From a virus (taxonomy: Duplodnaviria; Caudoviricetes), in the IMG/VR virus record IMGVR_UViG_3300044699_000035, positions 1 to 60,656 of that record: 60,656 bases of DNA; one strand, given 5' to 3'. A program made the position numbers and the translations under genes. The notes under the pieces are model-generated. The model saw only the letters and a program-made list of their open reading frames with translations, did not search any database and was not told the DNA's origin. Below are positions 23,917 through 45,435 of the stretch, in pieces. Position 1 is the stretch's first letter; every line of letters starts with the position of its first letter.

Positions 23917-24871
23917 AGCATTTCCTTCAGGGTGTGAACGACGAAGCCCTCGTCGGGGGGTGTGCACGACTCGAATATCAATGGTCGATCTTCCAGTTCG
24001 TTCCATGGGGTGACCGGGATGTCGAACTCTTCGCACGCGGTAGCGCGCGTGTCGATCGCCACCATGCGTACTTTGCATCCTACGGATGCAGCTGGGATCG
24101 CCGCGTGCAGCCGGTACGCTAGAACATGGTCGCACCTGCTGTACAGCCGGAGCAGGGAGTGCGCGTCGTTGATCAGCCTGACGTCGGCAAACCCCTCGCC
24201 GCGCGCCCACAGGTAGTCGTCCCAGGTCGAAGCAATCAGCCGTGTGGGCAGGTGCCGGTTCATCCGGTTGCGGATCTCGACCAGCACCTCCCGGGCACGC
24301 GCACGGTTCCACATCCCCACCAGCATGATCGCGTCGTACTTCCGCTGCAAGTTCCCGACCGGCATCTCCTCCCGCGCCCAATAGCTCGAGCAAGGCAGTT
24401 GCTTGCAGTCGGCGTTGGCCAGCCCATAGACCGCCGTCATCAGGTTGTCGCGGGTGATGCGCGCGTGGATCGCCTTGGCGTATTTCAGGTACTCCACGTT
24501 GCGTGGCTTCTCCGCTATCGCCTGCGCCATGACCGCCACCGACGGCTCCCCCAGGCTGTACGCTGACCCAGCCCACCCGTCGATCACGGCGCACGCCGGC
24601 CGCTTGCAGGGCCATCAGGCGCAGCCAGATCCCCCCTTCCCACCACGCATCGTCAGACAGGGTGAACCGCGGGTTGCCGCATATGATCGCAACGTCGCAG
24701 GTGGCTGCAGCGGCCCAGTGCACGGCGTTGTCCTGCATCATGTCGACCGTGATGAACTCAGCCTCAGCGACCGCCTTGCGCACCAGCGCCTTGATCCCGG
24801 CGGTGATCATGTACCAGCCAGGGTTGGAATCCGGACCCCAGGGTCAACGGGGTAATCAGGGCAACTCGCAA
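23907..24871 (-). CDS. Polysaccharide pyruvyl transferase family protein (frameshifted)
   Basis: N-terminal NPG..MITAG, ITRDNL and LYSRCDHVLAYRLHAAIPAASVG. Confidence 0.75.
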
Positions 24872-25830
24872 TGCTCCTCCACGAAGGTAAGGGCGCGGTT
24901 GATGGCGAGCGGCACGTTGATCGCCTTCTTGTGTGCGTGCCGGTGATCGAAGCAGTTGCAAGGCTCGATCGGGTCGATCCCCAGCGTAGGTGCGAACTTG
25001 GCCCCGTCCTTGATCGTCATCGAACTCTCGTGCCCACCGAACACGGTGATGCTGGGCGTGCCCACCGCCTGCGCCAGGAGCGGCGCGAAGCCTGGGGAGG
25101 AGAACACGAGATCAGCGTAACCAAACAGCGCAGCCATTTCCTCGAACGTGAGCTCACCGTGGTGGAGCTCGACGTCAGCGATGATCGGAACGCCAGAGAT
25201 CCACTCCTTGTCCGGTACTAAGTCAGCAACAGATACCACGAAGAAGTCTTTCCGCAACGAATACAGTATGTCGTAGTACGCCCGCGCGTCGGGGTTCCGG
25301 CCGCGGCACCCTTCCCACTCCGTACGCTCAACGAGAGGCCGGTACACCATGATCGGCTTGGTGGTGAAGAAACGATCGATGCGATGATCGGCGAGCCGCA
25401 GCCAGGGCTCCGGCACCGGCAGTCGGAAGTCCGCAGTCGCCATATCACAGCCGGCGTTGTGCACCATGGCCGCGAAGATCGACCCGTACCGGCGCACGTC
25501 GGCCCCGGTGTACCACACGCGGATCTCCATCGGGGTCCAGGGCAACGCGGTGGCGGTGTAGCGCGCAGCTTCCCGCAAGGCGTTCTTAGCCTGCGTGCGC
25601 AGCGCCGTGGCCTTGGGCACGAGATGCAGGCGCTCGCCTACTAGGTCGTGGTACACCGACGGCCAGGGTGTCTCCAGATACACCGGCTTGCGCTCCATCA
25701 GCTGACGCACGATGGCTCTCTGATGAATATTGTCGCCCAGCCCGTGCATGCCGTGCACCGAGATCGCCTCAGCCTTGGGCAACGGCTTCGCTCCACGGTG
25801 AATCGGCCGGTGCCTCACATCAATAGGCAT
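24856..25830 (-). CDS. GT-B glycosyltransferase, GT9 (heptosyltransferase-like)
   Basis: GMHGLGDNI and LTFEEMAALFGYADLVFSSPGFAPLLAQAVGTPSITVFGG. Confidence 0.82.
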   Translation of the reverse strand: MPIDVRHRPIHRGAKPLPKAEAISVHGMHGLGDNIHQRAIVRQLMERKPVYLETPWPSVYHDLVGERLHLVPKATALRTQAKNALREAARYTATALPWTPMEIRVWYTGADVRRYGSIFAAMVHNAGCDMATADFRLPVPEPWLRLADHRIDRFFTTKPIMVYRPLVERTEWEGCRGRNPDARAYYDILYSLRKDFFVVSVADLVPDKEWISGVPIIADVELHHGELTFEEMAALFGYADLVFSSPGFAPLLAQAVGTPSITVFGGHESSMTIKDGAKFAPTLGIDPIEPCNCFDHRHAHKKAINVPLAINRALTFVEEHCELP

Positions 25831-25834
25831 GACT

Positions 25835-26494
25835 CTAGATCTCCCGTTCGAAACACGTCAGCGCTGTTGACGTAGTGCAGTTGATCACCCGCACGCCCTC
25901 GCTGGCGAGCTCCGGTGCCATGCTGTTCATGGCGTTGATCCAGTATGGGAAGTTGCGCACCGGGTTCAGCGGTGCCGGGTGCTCACCATGCCAATGCGCC
26001 ATACCGTCGGTGTCCTGCATATCGTAGCCGACTAGCAGCACTAACTTGGCCCCGAACAGGTAGGCGAGGTTCAGGAGCACATGGCCACTATTGCCCCCGG
26101 AGAACACGAGATTCGGCGCACGCGAAAGCCCAGGCTCGTCACTATGTCGTACATGATGGAGTCCATAGCGGTGGGCGAACCAGCGATCCTGGGTCCAGCA
26201 CTCCCCGTGGAATCCATGAACGACGTTAGCGTGATGTACCTGCCACCAGGAACAATCACCAGCGTACAAGATATCGGCATCGGGAAGTCGCTCCCAGGAG
26301 TTGTTGGCCACCATCAGCTTCCAGCCAAAGGTCATGCGCTGCATCGACCGAAGCATCTTCGCTTGCTCGATACTGAAGCTGGGGCCGCTGGCCACGCAGA
26401 TGATGCGCGTCCAGTCACGATGAATCGGCGTTGCGGGAATCCCCTTCGGCGGGCCCCCACGACCCTTTGGTCTGCGGCGAAGCAGGACCATTAC
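25835..26494 (-). CDS. MAF/DUF115-like (sialyltransferase-like) glycosyltransferase
   Basis: IICVASGPSF, MVANNSW, ADILYAGD and GGNSGHVLLNLAYLFGAKLVLLVGYDM..HWH. Confidence 0.75.
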   Translation of the reverse strand, partial: VMVLLRRRPKGRGGPPKGIPATPIHRDWTRIICVASGPSFSIEQAKMLRSMQRMTFGWKLMVANNSWERLPDADILYAGDCSWWQVHHANVVHGFHGECWTQDRWFAHRYGLHHVRHSDEPGLSRAPNLVFSGGNSGHVLLNLAYLFGAKLVLLVGYDMQDTDGMAHWHGEHPAPLNPVRNFPYWINAMNSMAPELASEGVRVINCTTSTALTCFEREI

Positions 26495-26781
26495 TTGGTA
26501 CACTGCAGCAGCACGGCTTCCAACCTACGTAGGTACGCCTCGCGCTCGCGCGCATTGATCGAAGCAGCCGCGGCCAACTGCGCGGTGCTCGCTTTGCCTG
26601 TGTCGATCGTAACTAGTGCGGGTGCAGCCGGCAAATCCGCGACGGTGATGCACGGCTTGGCGACAACCTTCTCAACCGTAATGACCTTCGGCGGTTCACT
26701 TACTTGGAGTCGTGGCTGCTCCGGCACCGACTGACACGCCATCACGAAGAAGGGTACGCAGAATATTGTCAGCTTCTTCAC
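26491..26781 (-). CDS. o-spanin (Rz1-like lipoprotein)
   Basis: Signal peptide with lipobox VMA-C; overlaps the 3' end of the i-spanin in another frame. Confidence 0.8.
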   Translation of the reverse strand: MKKLTIFCVPFFVMACQSVPEQPRLQVSEPPKVITVEKVVAKPCITVADLPAAPALVTIDTGKASTAQLAAAASINAREREAYLRRLEAVLLQCTK

Positions 26782-27214
26782 AGTCTTTCTCCGTCAGCGG
26801 TGGTCCGTTCACGATGTCCTGCAGACGCTTGATCTCGGCCCGGTTGCGAGTGTTCGTTGCCTGCTCGCGGATCACCTGGGCCATGGCGGCGCGAGCCTTG
26901 TTCTGTGCGGTGATGGCGTCGGCTTCGAACTGCGAGATCGACGCTGCCTGCTCCTTCACCTGCCCTGCCAGCCGATCGTTCTCAGCTTTAAACGTAACGT
27001 TGATTGCGACGGCTTTCGCAGTATCGGCTTGTGCGTCCTTCACGTCCTGCTGCAACTTGGCCACCTGTGGCTTGTAGACGACTTCCGCCGCGACGTAGCC
27101 GTCCTTCCAGATCGAATGGTGTATGTACCACACCGCACCTACGACCAAGCCCAGGAGCGCTGCGATGATAGCTACCTTGATCCAGATACCCAGTCCCGTG
27201 AACCAGCCTAGCAT
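26696..27214 (-). CDS. i-spanin (Rz-like)
   Basis: N-terminal transmembrane segment followed by a long coiled coil; downstream of the endolysin. Confidence 0.8.
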   Translation of the reverse strand: MLGWFTGLGIWIKVAIIAALLGLVVGAVWYIHHSIWKDGYVAAEVVYKPQVAKLQQDVKDAQADTAKAVAINVTFKAENDRLAGQVKEQAASISQFEADAITAQNKARAAMAQVIREQATNTRNRAEIKRLQDIVNGPPLTEKDCEEADNILRTLLRDGVSVGAGAATTPSK

Positions 27215-27847
27215 GACGTAATCCCCAGCCATCAGTGCGATAACGATACTCAAGAGTATTGAGAATGCGATCAGGGTAGCCGCGATTCTCTTTGAAGTTC
27301 GCCGCGCTGCGCCCACTGTTGAACCTCTCTACATTATCGAACCACCTCGTTACGTCCGCTCCGTTCACCTTGGCTAGCTGTACATCCTTCTGCAACCAGC
27401 CTAACCCTCCGTTGTAGCTAGATAGCACAAACGCCATACGTTCGCAATGGTTGAACGAGGGGGGTACCCGGTCGTAGAGCCACTTGTTGTACTCGACCAG
27501 CGCCCTTATCGCCCAGGTGGGGTTATTCGGTTGATTGTCCTGCAGCGCCTTGTACGTCCCGCTGATCCAGCCCGCGGTCGACGGCATGAACTGAGCAAGG
27601 CCAGCTGCACCACCGGGGAGGTGGCGTCAGCACGCCAGCCTGACTCTTGGTGGATCTGGGCAGCGAATGTAGAAATGGGGGCATCGAGCCCCCATACCAT
27701 GCGTGCATTGCGCACGAGCTCTCGCTTGTACTTACCCGCATCAGGCGGGATTTGCCCCTGCGCAGGGAACGCGACGAACATCCACGATATCAGAGCTACG
27801 ACACACCATAACGCGAGTCGTAGAGCTTGGGTGGTACGGTAGTTCAC
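27208..27847 (-). CDS. Endolysin, lytic transglycosylase (SLT) with N-terminal hydrophobic signal (frameshifted)
   Basis: AAQIHQESGW, GLAQFMPSTA and SYNGGLGW..ENRGYP. Confidence 0.9.
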
Positions 27848-28153
27848 GCAGCAAGGGCGAACGCAATCATGCCGCCGACGATGTACCCCATGCGACGATT
27901 CTTCGCTGCGTCCTGTAGCGTCTTTGTCGCGAGCTCGTCAACGTGTCCTTCGGCCCAGACGTGTGCCCAGAATCCGAGGATCGCCCCAGCAGTCAACAAA
28001 AGAACTTTGTATAGCGTGACGGGTACCTGTTGTGGAGACACTGAGTAGATAACCCAGGTCAGGGCCGATCGTCATGATCCACGCCGGCCACAGTCGGAAC
28101 AGCTTGCCGAACCACCTGAGTACATCATTAAACGACGGAACGTATTTACCCAT
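27844..28153 (-). CDS. Holin, Holin_2-3 family (frameshifted)
   Basis: SPQQVPVTLYKVLLLTAGAILGFW..RRMGYIVGGMIAFALAA. Confidence 0.8.
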
Positions 28154-28437
28154 TAGTCCGATCCTTTCGGCTCCAGCTTCACGACCCGAAGCTCGATCGC
28201 GTGTTGCTCATCCTTGACCATGCGATGCACTTCCGATAGCGACACCCCGAACTTGTGAAACTCGTTCTCAAGCTTCGCTTCCAGCTGCGCCATCCGCGCT
28301 TCGAGATGTTCCGCCTTGTTGTAGTTCTTGATTACGATCCAGGTAACAACGGACACCAGCACCCCTCCGCACAGAAGAAATGCAGAGATGAAAACCTTAA
28401 GCAGGTACAGGGTAGTCTCGAGATCCAAGATCATCAC
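28153..28437 (-). CDS. Membrane protein, transmembrane segment plus coiled coil
   Basis: Intact 94 aa ORF in the lysis operon. Confidence 0.7.
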   Translation of the reverse strand: MMILDLETTLYLLKVFISAFLLCGGVLVSVVTWIVIKNYNKAEHLEARMAQLEAKLENEFHKFGVSLSEVHRMVKDEQHAIELRVVKLEPKGSD

Positions 28438-28782
28438 TCACTGACGAAAGAAAGCTACTACGACTGCTACAGCTGAAACAGCAACGCTGAGGATACTAAA
28501 CAACAGCGCCCGATTGTCCTTACCCCCGCTATCCACCCCATCCCGTCGATCCATGCGTGCAGATAATGCCACGATCATCGCCGTTAACGCATCAAACCGG
28601 GCAGTCGCTTCAGTGCGCAGCATCATGATCTTCGTAGAATCAGACAGCGCGGCACGAAACTCGTTTACAGTCTCGAACCGCTTGTTCGTTTGCTCTTTGA
28701 ATTCGGTAACGGCGAGTTGATCCGTTGCCCGTAAGTCAAGGATGTATTGTCTTAACGACTCAACGTTCCATATAGTAGACAT
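28438..28782 (-). CDS. Membrane protein with C-terminal transmembrane segment
   Basis: Intact 114 aa ORF; NKRFETVNEFRAALSD. Confidence 0.7.
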   Translation of the reverse strand: MSTIWNVESLRQYILDLRATDQLAVTEFKEQTNKRFETVNEFRAALSDSTKIMMLRTEATARFDALTAMIVALSARMDRRDGVDSGGKDNRALLFSILSVAVSAVAVVVAFFRQ

Positions 28783-28860
28783 GATGGGTGGCCCCGGGCA
28801 TCAGCAGGAAGGTATCAGGTGGGGATGACCGCCTTGCACTAGCCGAGCCGGGGCCATTGA

Positions 28861-28983
28861 TCACTTTTTCTTCTTGGCCTTCTTCTTCATCATCGCCATC
28901 TTGTCGTCGCCCTTGGGGTACGCCTTCTTCCCCATCGGGGCCTTGCCCTTGTCGCCCATCGCAAACGGGTTCTTGCCAGCCAT
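28861..28983 (-). CDS. Small Lys-rich protein
   Basis: RBS AAGGAG; MAGKNPFAMGDK...KKKAKKKK. Confidence 0.6.
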   Translation of the reverse strand: MAGKNPFAMGDKGKAPMGKKAYPKGDDKMAMMKKKAKKKK

Positions 28984-28984
28984 G

Positions 28985-39899
<10,915 letters not shown>

Positions 39900-39900
<1 letters not shown>

Positions 39901-41944
39901 AGCGGGCCTGACTCTTCGGGAGATCACACCCGCGTTAATCAGCATCTCCAGGGTAACACGATCGCTGCTTCCAACCGTCCTGGTTTCACCCCTACCCCAC
40001 TACCACGCATCCCGTTAGAGATCTCGATGTTACGCCTCTCACCGGCATCGAGCCTCCCGACCGGATCTTCTGATCGTTCGTCACGGTCCACCGCGGGAAT
40101 TTTCAGCCGGCCGCTGCAACATCAGTCTCCCTCCCTCAGAGCCTGCATAACTGGTAGGCAATGTGCACCTTCCTGCATGTCCGCTGCCCCCTGCACTCGA
40201 CCGTCCACGCCGTACGCTGCCCAACGCACCGGTCCTCGCCGGAACGGGTCTCGCAGTTCCGTTCCATCTCGCACCGCTCCGAAACAGCACGTCCTATTAC
40301 ACGCCCCCTCGAGTTTATCGCACACGACATACCGCGCCATCCCCGCATCGTGGCCACTACCCTTCGCCGCTGCAAAACGCGACGAGCGATACGGGAACAC
40401 CGGAACATGCTTCGGACCGCCCACTGATACTCCTCGTAGGGTCGTTGCCCCTTGTCCCACTCATTACAACGTCGAGACGGTGGAGGCTGGGACCCGCGTG
40501 TAGTGCAGTCGAAAACATCCGGTTGCCGCACGAAGACCGCCGTCCGCGTTACAAACGGAATTCGTAACGAGGAGTGCCCTTTTCAGATCGAACCTGTCGC
40601 TCGATCATTGATGTCGGGCATGAATCCCGAGCCGTTCTCGTTTGCTTAGGATCGGACGGTCTGCCGGTCACCACGAAAAAAACAAAAGGCCCAATAAAAG
40701 TAGTACCCTCCCCATCGATACACAGTGCCATGCATCGTCACCGTGGCTTCCACCAGCGCCCAGTCATCCTCGCCTCATCAAGTCCTGGTGATGATCTGCA
40801 AGCCGCCCGAAACCTACAAACCCCAGCCCCGTCTCTGCACGCGTAGTAACACGCCCACGATCACCAGTCGAGATCGATTGCTATCGACCACGCTGGGGTA
40901 GGCATCCGGGGCACTCCGCTCCAACAGACAGATTCGTTGGGTCCATGCCGTCGACCTGATACGATCGCTACCCAGTCGTGAAACACCACGATCGTAGATC
41001 CCGAACGTGCCGAGCCCGACCTTACAGGATAGTCGAAACGTCGTGGACATAACTCCGGTGGCCACGCATGCGCGTTGATTACGGCACGGAGAAGCCGACG
41101 TTGTTTCCCCAGAACCCTCGCGAGGAAGCCACCTTCGGGCGTACCCACCAAGCCCTGCATACGAGCCGGTCAGGCGGATACCAGTGCTGCGACTGTAGCT
41201 GCTCGTTGTCCTGAATCTCCTCGTTTCGTCGCTTCATCGGACCCACACTCCTACGAACGGCCGGCCAGTCTGCGTCGCATCGAAGCTTGAATGGGCCCCC
41301 CATCGCCTGCGGTAAATCCGTACACGCGTAACCGTTCGGCGGACGGGGAAGCGGATGCGGAGTTAGTCCACCACCGCAAGCCTCGCCATCTGCAACGCTT
41401 GATCAGGATCTGACGGCGCGAGGTCGGTACGCTCTCCTCACCGAAAGCGGTGACCCACGTAAAAACCTTAGGTACGAAAATTACCGCGGGCGAGCGCAGG
41501 GGGGAGGTCGTGGTGATGATGGGCGCGTGCGTCCGTTCGGTACCACCCCAAGAGCGAAAAGGCCGAACGTTGGCGGTTTGGCGCTTCCGACCGCGCGAAT
41601 CGGATTGCTGGATTCCCCTTCGGGCACCCCGTCGCCCGCTGTAGTTAGAGGCGGACCCAGCTCGACCGACGCCATTCGGCGTGAACCCCGATCACCACAT
41701 CGGACGTCCGTCTTCACATGCCCAGCCACGCTCCTCGATATTGAAAGATCGTACGCACAGGCGCGGATCACACGGCCATTCGATCGGTCAGCGCGCGGCC
41801 GGATGCGAAAACGCCGCTACCTCACCCGACCACAGCTTTGTCGGACATACTGAGAGATCTGCGCAGCCGCGAGCGGCAAAAGCCGCGGGGGATACCCGCG
41901 GCGCACATGCCCACCTCTGTTCTGGATTGCGGATGACTAGGCAT
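39900..41944 (-). CDS. Probable tail tubular B / DNA stabilisation protein (heavily garbled)
   Basis: Start reassembles to GM-APRVSPRLLPLAAAQIS, an N-terminus typical of this class; the end is uncertain. Confidence 0.5.
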
Positions 41945-43066
41945 TAGGGCCCGGCACCCCCGCTTCCACAACGTGGAACTCTGTGCTACTCCCCTGCACG
42001 ATGTGCGCATCGGCCCACGGGCCCGCGCCTACAGCGCCCACGAGTAGATCTGGATTGCCGCCGATATGTACGGTGCCCGCCGGCCACTGGTTTTGCACTC
42101 CGGTCGACGCCGGACAGCGTGATGTTCGGCTGGAAGTTCCTGGTCGACCGGAGCCGCGTTGCCGTACAAACGCTCGCGTCGTAGCTGTTCGAAATCACGA
42201 GCTCGAGCACCGCTTCAGGCACCGGATCGCTGCCGAAGTTGACCACCACCGAAACTATCACCTCCATCGCTGCGTCCTGCAGCAGCGTCGTGCGCGGTTG
42301 CCCGCCCTGGTCGATGACTTCGAGGATGGTGTTCGCAGGCACGCGTTCGGGTAGGTGCGGTACCGGTTCGTCATGTTGATGACGCCGAGCTCCACCTGAT
42401 TCTCCGACGGGAGGATGTACAATCTCACCATCGCGCCGCGCACCCAGAACTCATCGGTACTGCCCTGACCCGAGATGCGCATCCACGCCGACCCATCCCA
42501 GTACCACAGTGCCGCCGTGTCGGTGTCGACATAGAACGCGACGTTCCCGTTCGGCGTCCCCGACGGATCTCCCGAGCCAGAGAGCAGCCCCTGGTTGATG
42601 TTGCCGAGCTCGATCCAGCTGGTGCCGTTCCAGTACCAGATGCGATGCTGCAGGTACCACACTGCATAGATCACGTTGGCCGTGTGGAGCCTGCGCCGGT
42701 ACGTCGTCGACCTGGATCGTGTTCGGCGGGATCACCGACGAATCGAACAAGCTGATGAACGTCTGCGTGACGAGCGCCTGCACCTGGGCGTTGTTCCAGG
42801 CAACCTTGACGCACGCGCCCGCGGGAACGACTTCGCCGTGGTGAAGTCCTGGCCACGCTCCACGGTGATCGTGTCGTTCACGATGATGCCGGTGTTTGTG
42901 AACTTGACGATCTCGACCAGAGTTACGTCCTCGATCGTGAGGTACACGTAGTTCCGGTGCCGATGTTGAAATACGCACCGCCGCCCAGAGCGAGCGGGAG
43001 AGACGTGCTCGACGGGGTGATCGGCGCGCGGAGGGTGGTACGCGCAAAATTCGGAACGACCAGCAT
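41944..43066 (-). CDS. Tail fibre-like structural protein (frameshifted)
   Basis: VYLTIED..EIVK..TVERGQDFTTAKSFPAG; repeated WYWNGTSW / WYWDGSAW. Confidence 0.65.
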
Positions 43067-43133
43067 GTCCGTCTCCTAGATTGAACCCACGATATCGTCG
43101 CCCGCGATATGGAACGCTGGCGTGCAGCTAAGA

Positions 43134-43760
43134 TTACAGTTCCCGGTTCAGGCGGTACCACCGGGTCAATGACTCGAAGTACGGTGGTGCTAACCCGCAC
43201 TCCGTTGCAGGCGGGGTCTGTCTCACACGCCAAGCCGCCCACCACACCCTACCCACCGTGTCCAGCATCGAGCACTCACCACGACCGCAGTCCTCTAGCG
43301 TGTACTCGTTGTAGCAGCCGTCCGCAACATCTCGCACTTCGGGATGCGGAACAGGATCGAGATAGCAATACTTGCAGTCACGAACACATCGCCTACGTAC
43401 AGCCCGGGGCACTGCGCAGTGAACGTCGAATCCCAGTAGAAGCCGACGAATCCGGTAGCCGTACGCTGGAACGCGTTGTAGCCACGCGATCAGGTTGTTG
43501 CACCCACGCAAGCGGATCTCGATGTAAATCTCCACCCGCGCCGGATCGATCTGGTGCCGTCCTGCGGGCTGGCCAGCAACCGAATGAACGTCTTCGATTA
43601 CGGCCGGCGTGATCGTGATGTAATCGCAATCCGCATAGCGCCTGCGCATCGGAACGCACGGGCCGCAGTTCGACACGCACCACGCCGCGTCCAGATTGCC
43701 AGGACCCGGATACAACGGCGGGGGGATGAAGCAGTTCGTACCGCAGTTCTCGCCGCTCAA
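43134..43760 (-). CDS. Cys-rich structural hypothetical protein
   Basis: MSGENCGTNC..WCVSNCGPC..DCKYC..DCGRGEC; the 3' end is uncertain. Confidence 0.5.
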   Translation of the reverse strand: MSGENCGTNCFIPPPLYPGPGNLDAAWCVSNCGPCVPMRRRYADCDYITITPAVIEDVHSVAGQPAGRHQIDPARVEIYIEIRLRGCNNLIAWLQRVPAYGYRIRRLLLGFDVHCAVPRAVRRRCVRDCKYCYLDPVPHPEVRDVADGCYNEYTLEDCGRGECSMLDTVGRVWWAAWRVRQTPPATECGLAPPYFESLTRWYRLNREL

Positions 43761-44362
43761 AAGTAGGCCCCCTCATCAGGATCGGTCCTGTGGTGTGCTC
43801 CATCACGCGCTTATTCTTCGCTCGCGTAACACCGATTTGGTACTGCAGACTCAGCTGCCGGCCGAGCCCGATGTTCGTGTAGTCCTGCTTCGGCTGCATC
43901 AACAGGCGCGACGCTGCGCCGTCAGCGATCGTGTCGGAATACTCTTCGTACAGAATGTCGGGGAACTCGCAGCAAGACTGCAGCGGTGCCAGCCACATCG
44001 ACACCTTGCACCACGATGGGCACGTCGGGTACGGCGCAGGCGCGAGCATGAGCGTCTTGGCGTTAGGCACCGATACCGAGAACGGCCCGCACGCACACGT
44101 CCAGCTACCCTGCGTCGCGATGAACTTGCGCCCCTGCACGTCGACCAGCTGACGCACACGACGCGCGTCTGCTCAGGTGCCAGGAGCGGGTAATCGGCTA
44201 CCCCGTACTGGAGTTCGAATTCCTGCTCGTACTGCCAGACGCCACCACGCTCGCACAGATCGATGATCGTGCGGCGAATGGCATCCTCAGCAACGGCATT
44301 GCCGGCTTGGTATGGCCCTCGTACTGGGTCTCGCCAACGAACTCAGACAGTAGACGCGCCAC
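43757..44362 (-). CDS. Head-tail adaptor / tail tubular A-like protein (frameshifted)
   Basis: AEDAIRRTIIDLCERGGVW and FPDILYEEYSDTIADGAASRLLMQP. Confidence 0.7.
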
Positions 44363-45041
44363 TTACAGTCTCCCGGGAACTAGCTGCTACTGGCACCGCG
44401 TTCTTATCACGCGGAGGTACCCGAGGAACTGCATGAATGCTGCTGTAGTGCGCTTGCGGACCGAGCTTGGGAGTCCGACGACTCCGTATCCTTGGCGAAC
44501 GCACGATACAGCACCCAGTCTTTCAACGCTTCCTGGTACATCTCCGGCGTCGTGTTGGCCTCACCACTGCGTCCGTCAATGCGGTAGTCGGACGGGGGGC
44601 CAGCTGTACGAGCGCCATGACTGCCGCCGTGGGTGAGCTCTCCGGCGCAGCAGGATCTACGAAGAAAGACGAATCGCTCTCGGGGTGTATGGTATAGGAC
44701 CGCACCACATACCTACCAATCACGCGTGCCTGCGCATGATGGCTGTCCAAGTGCACGGGCCGCGGTAAACGATCCTTGACTAATGGAATCGCCAGGGGAG
44801 CCGTCGGAATTGAGGTTGTAGAGAATATCGATGAGATGCGAATACTCCTGCGGAACCGTCTGCACCACACCAGCAGCCAGCCCCAGCGGGACGTAGCTGT
44901 AATACAGTGTGGGCTTAAGCGCCGCGATCTGCGCGATGGCCCCAGTCAAGTAGACAAGCAACTCCGACTCGGCCACCGAACGTACTCCGGATCAGCCAAC
45001 TCGAAGTTGCATGCCGCTACGACGGTGCCGGCGAGTAGCAT
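44363..45041 (-). CDS. Phage adaptor protein, DUF6682-like (frameshifted)
   Basis: ELADPEYVRW-ESELLVYLTGAIAQIAALKP..LAAGVVQTVP. Confidence 0.7.
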
Positions 45042-45044
45042 CGC

Positions 45045-45370
45045 TTACGCCTGCGGGAGCCCTGACACTTCGGGTACCGCTGCGTCCTTGGCGTGTTCAG
45101 CTTCCGCCGCCGCGAATTCCTGCGGACTCATGTTGGTGAGCTCGTTCAGCGTCACGCCCCAACGCTTGGACAGTTCCAGCCGTTCATCCGGTGACATGGT
45201 GATCGGCGAACGCAACAGCACCGGCTTGTCTGCCATCTTGTGCGTCGACGGATCGGGCTTCGCGCAGAACTGCAGCTGCCCCGACTTCACCATCTCGTCG
45301 AGGTACGCGTTGTACGGGTACACCATCTGCCGTCGGTCACATACTTGCCAACATCCGATTGCGGTTGCAT
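45045..45370 (-). CDS. Hypothetical head-module protein
   Basis: RBS GGAGG; MVYPYNAYLDEMVK... Confidence 0.55.
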
Positions 45371-45383
45371 GCCCACCCCTCCT

Positions 45384-45413
45384 AAAAAGACGGCGGAAGC
45401 TCGCGCCCCCGCC
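45384..45413 (-). terminator. Rho-independent terminator after the capsid genes
   Basis: Minus strand CGGCGG...CCGCCG followed by TCTTTTT. Confidence 0.65.
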
Positions 45414-45435
45414 GGTTAAAGCACACCACGGGAGA

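Noticed and set aside
22102-26494. DNA hypermodification cluster
   Set aside because: No hydroxymethylase, thymidylate synthase homologue or TET/JBP gene was recognised, and the enzyme families fit surface glycans better; not fully excluded
43186-43201. Sixth operator copy GGTGCTAACCCGCACT
   Set aside because: The right half is degenerate and the site is inside late-strand coding sequence; likely chance
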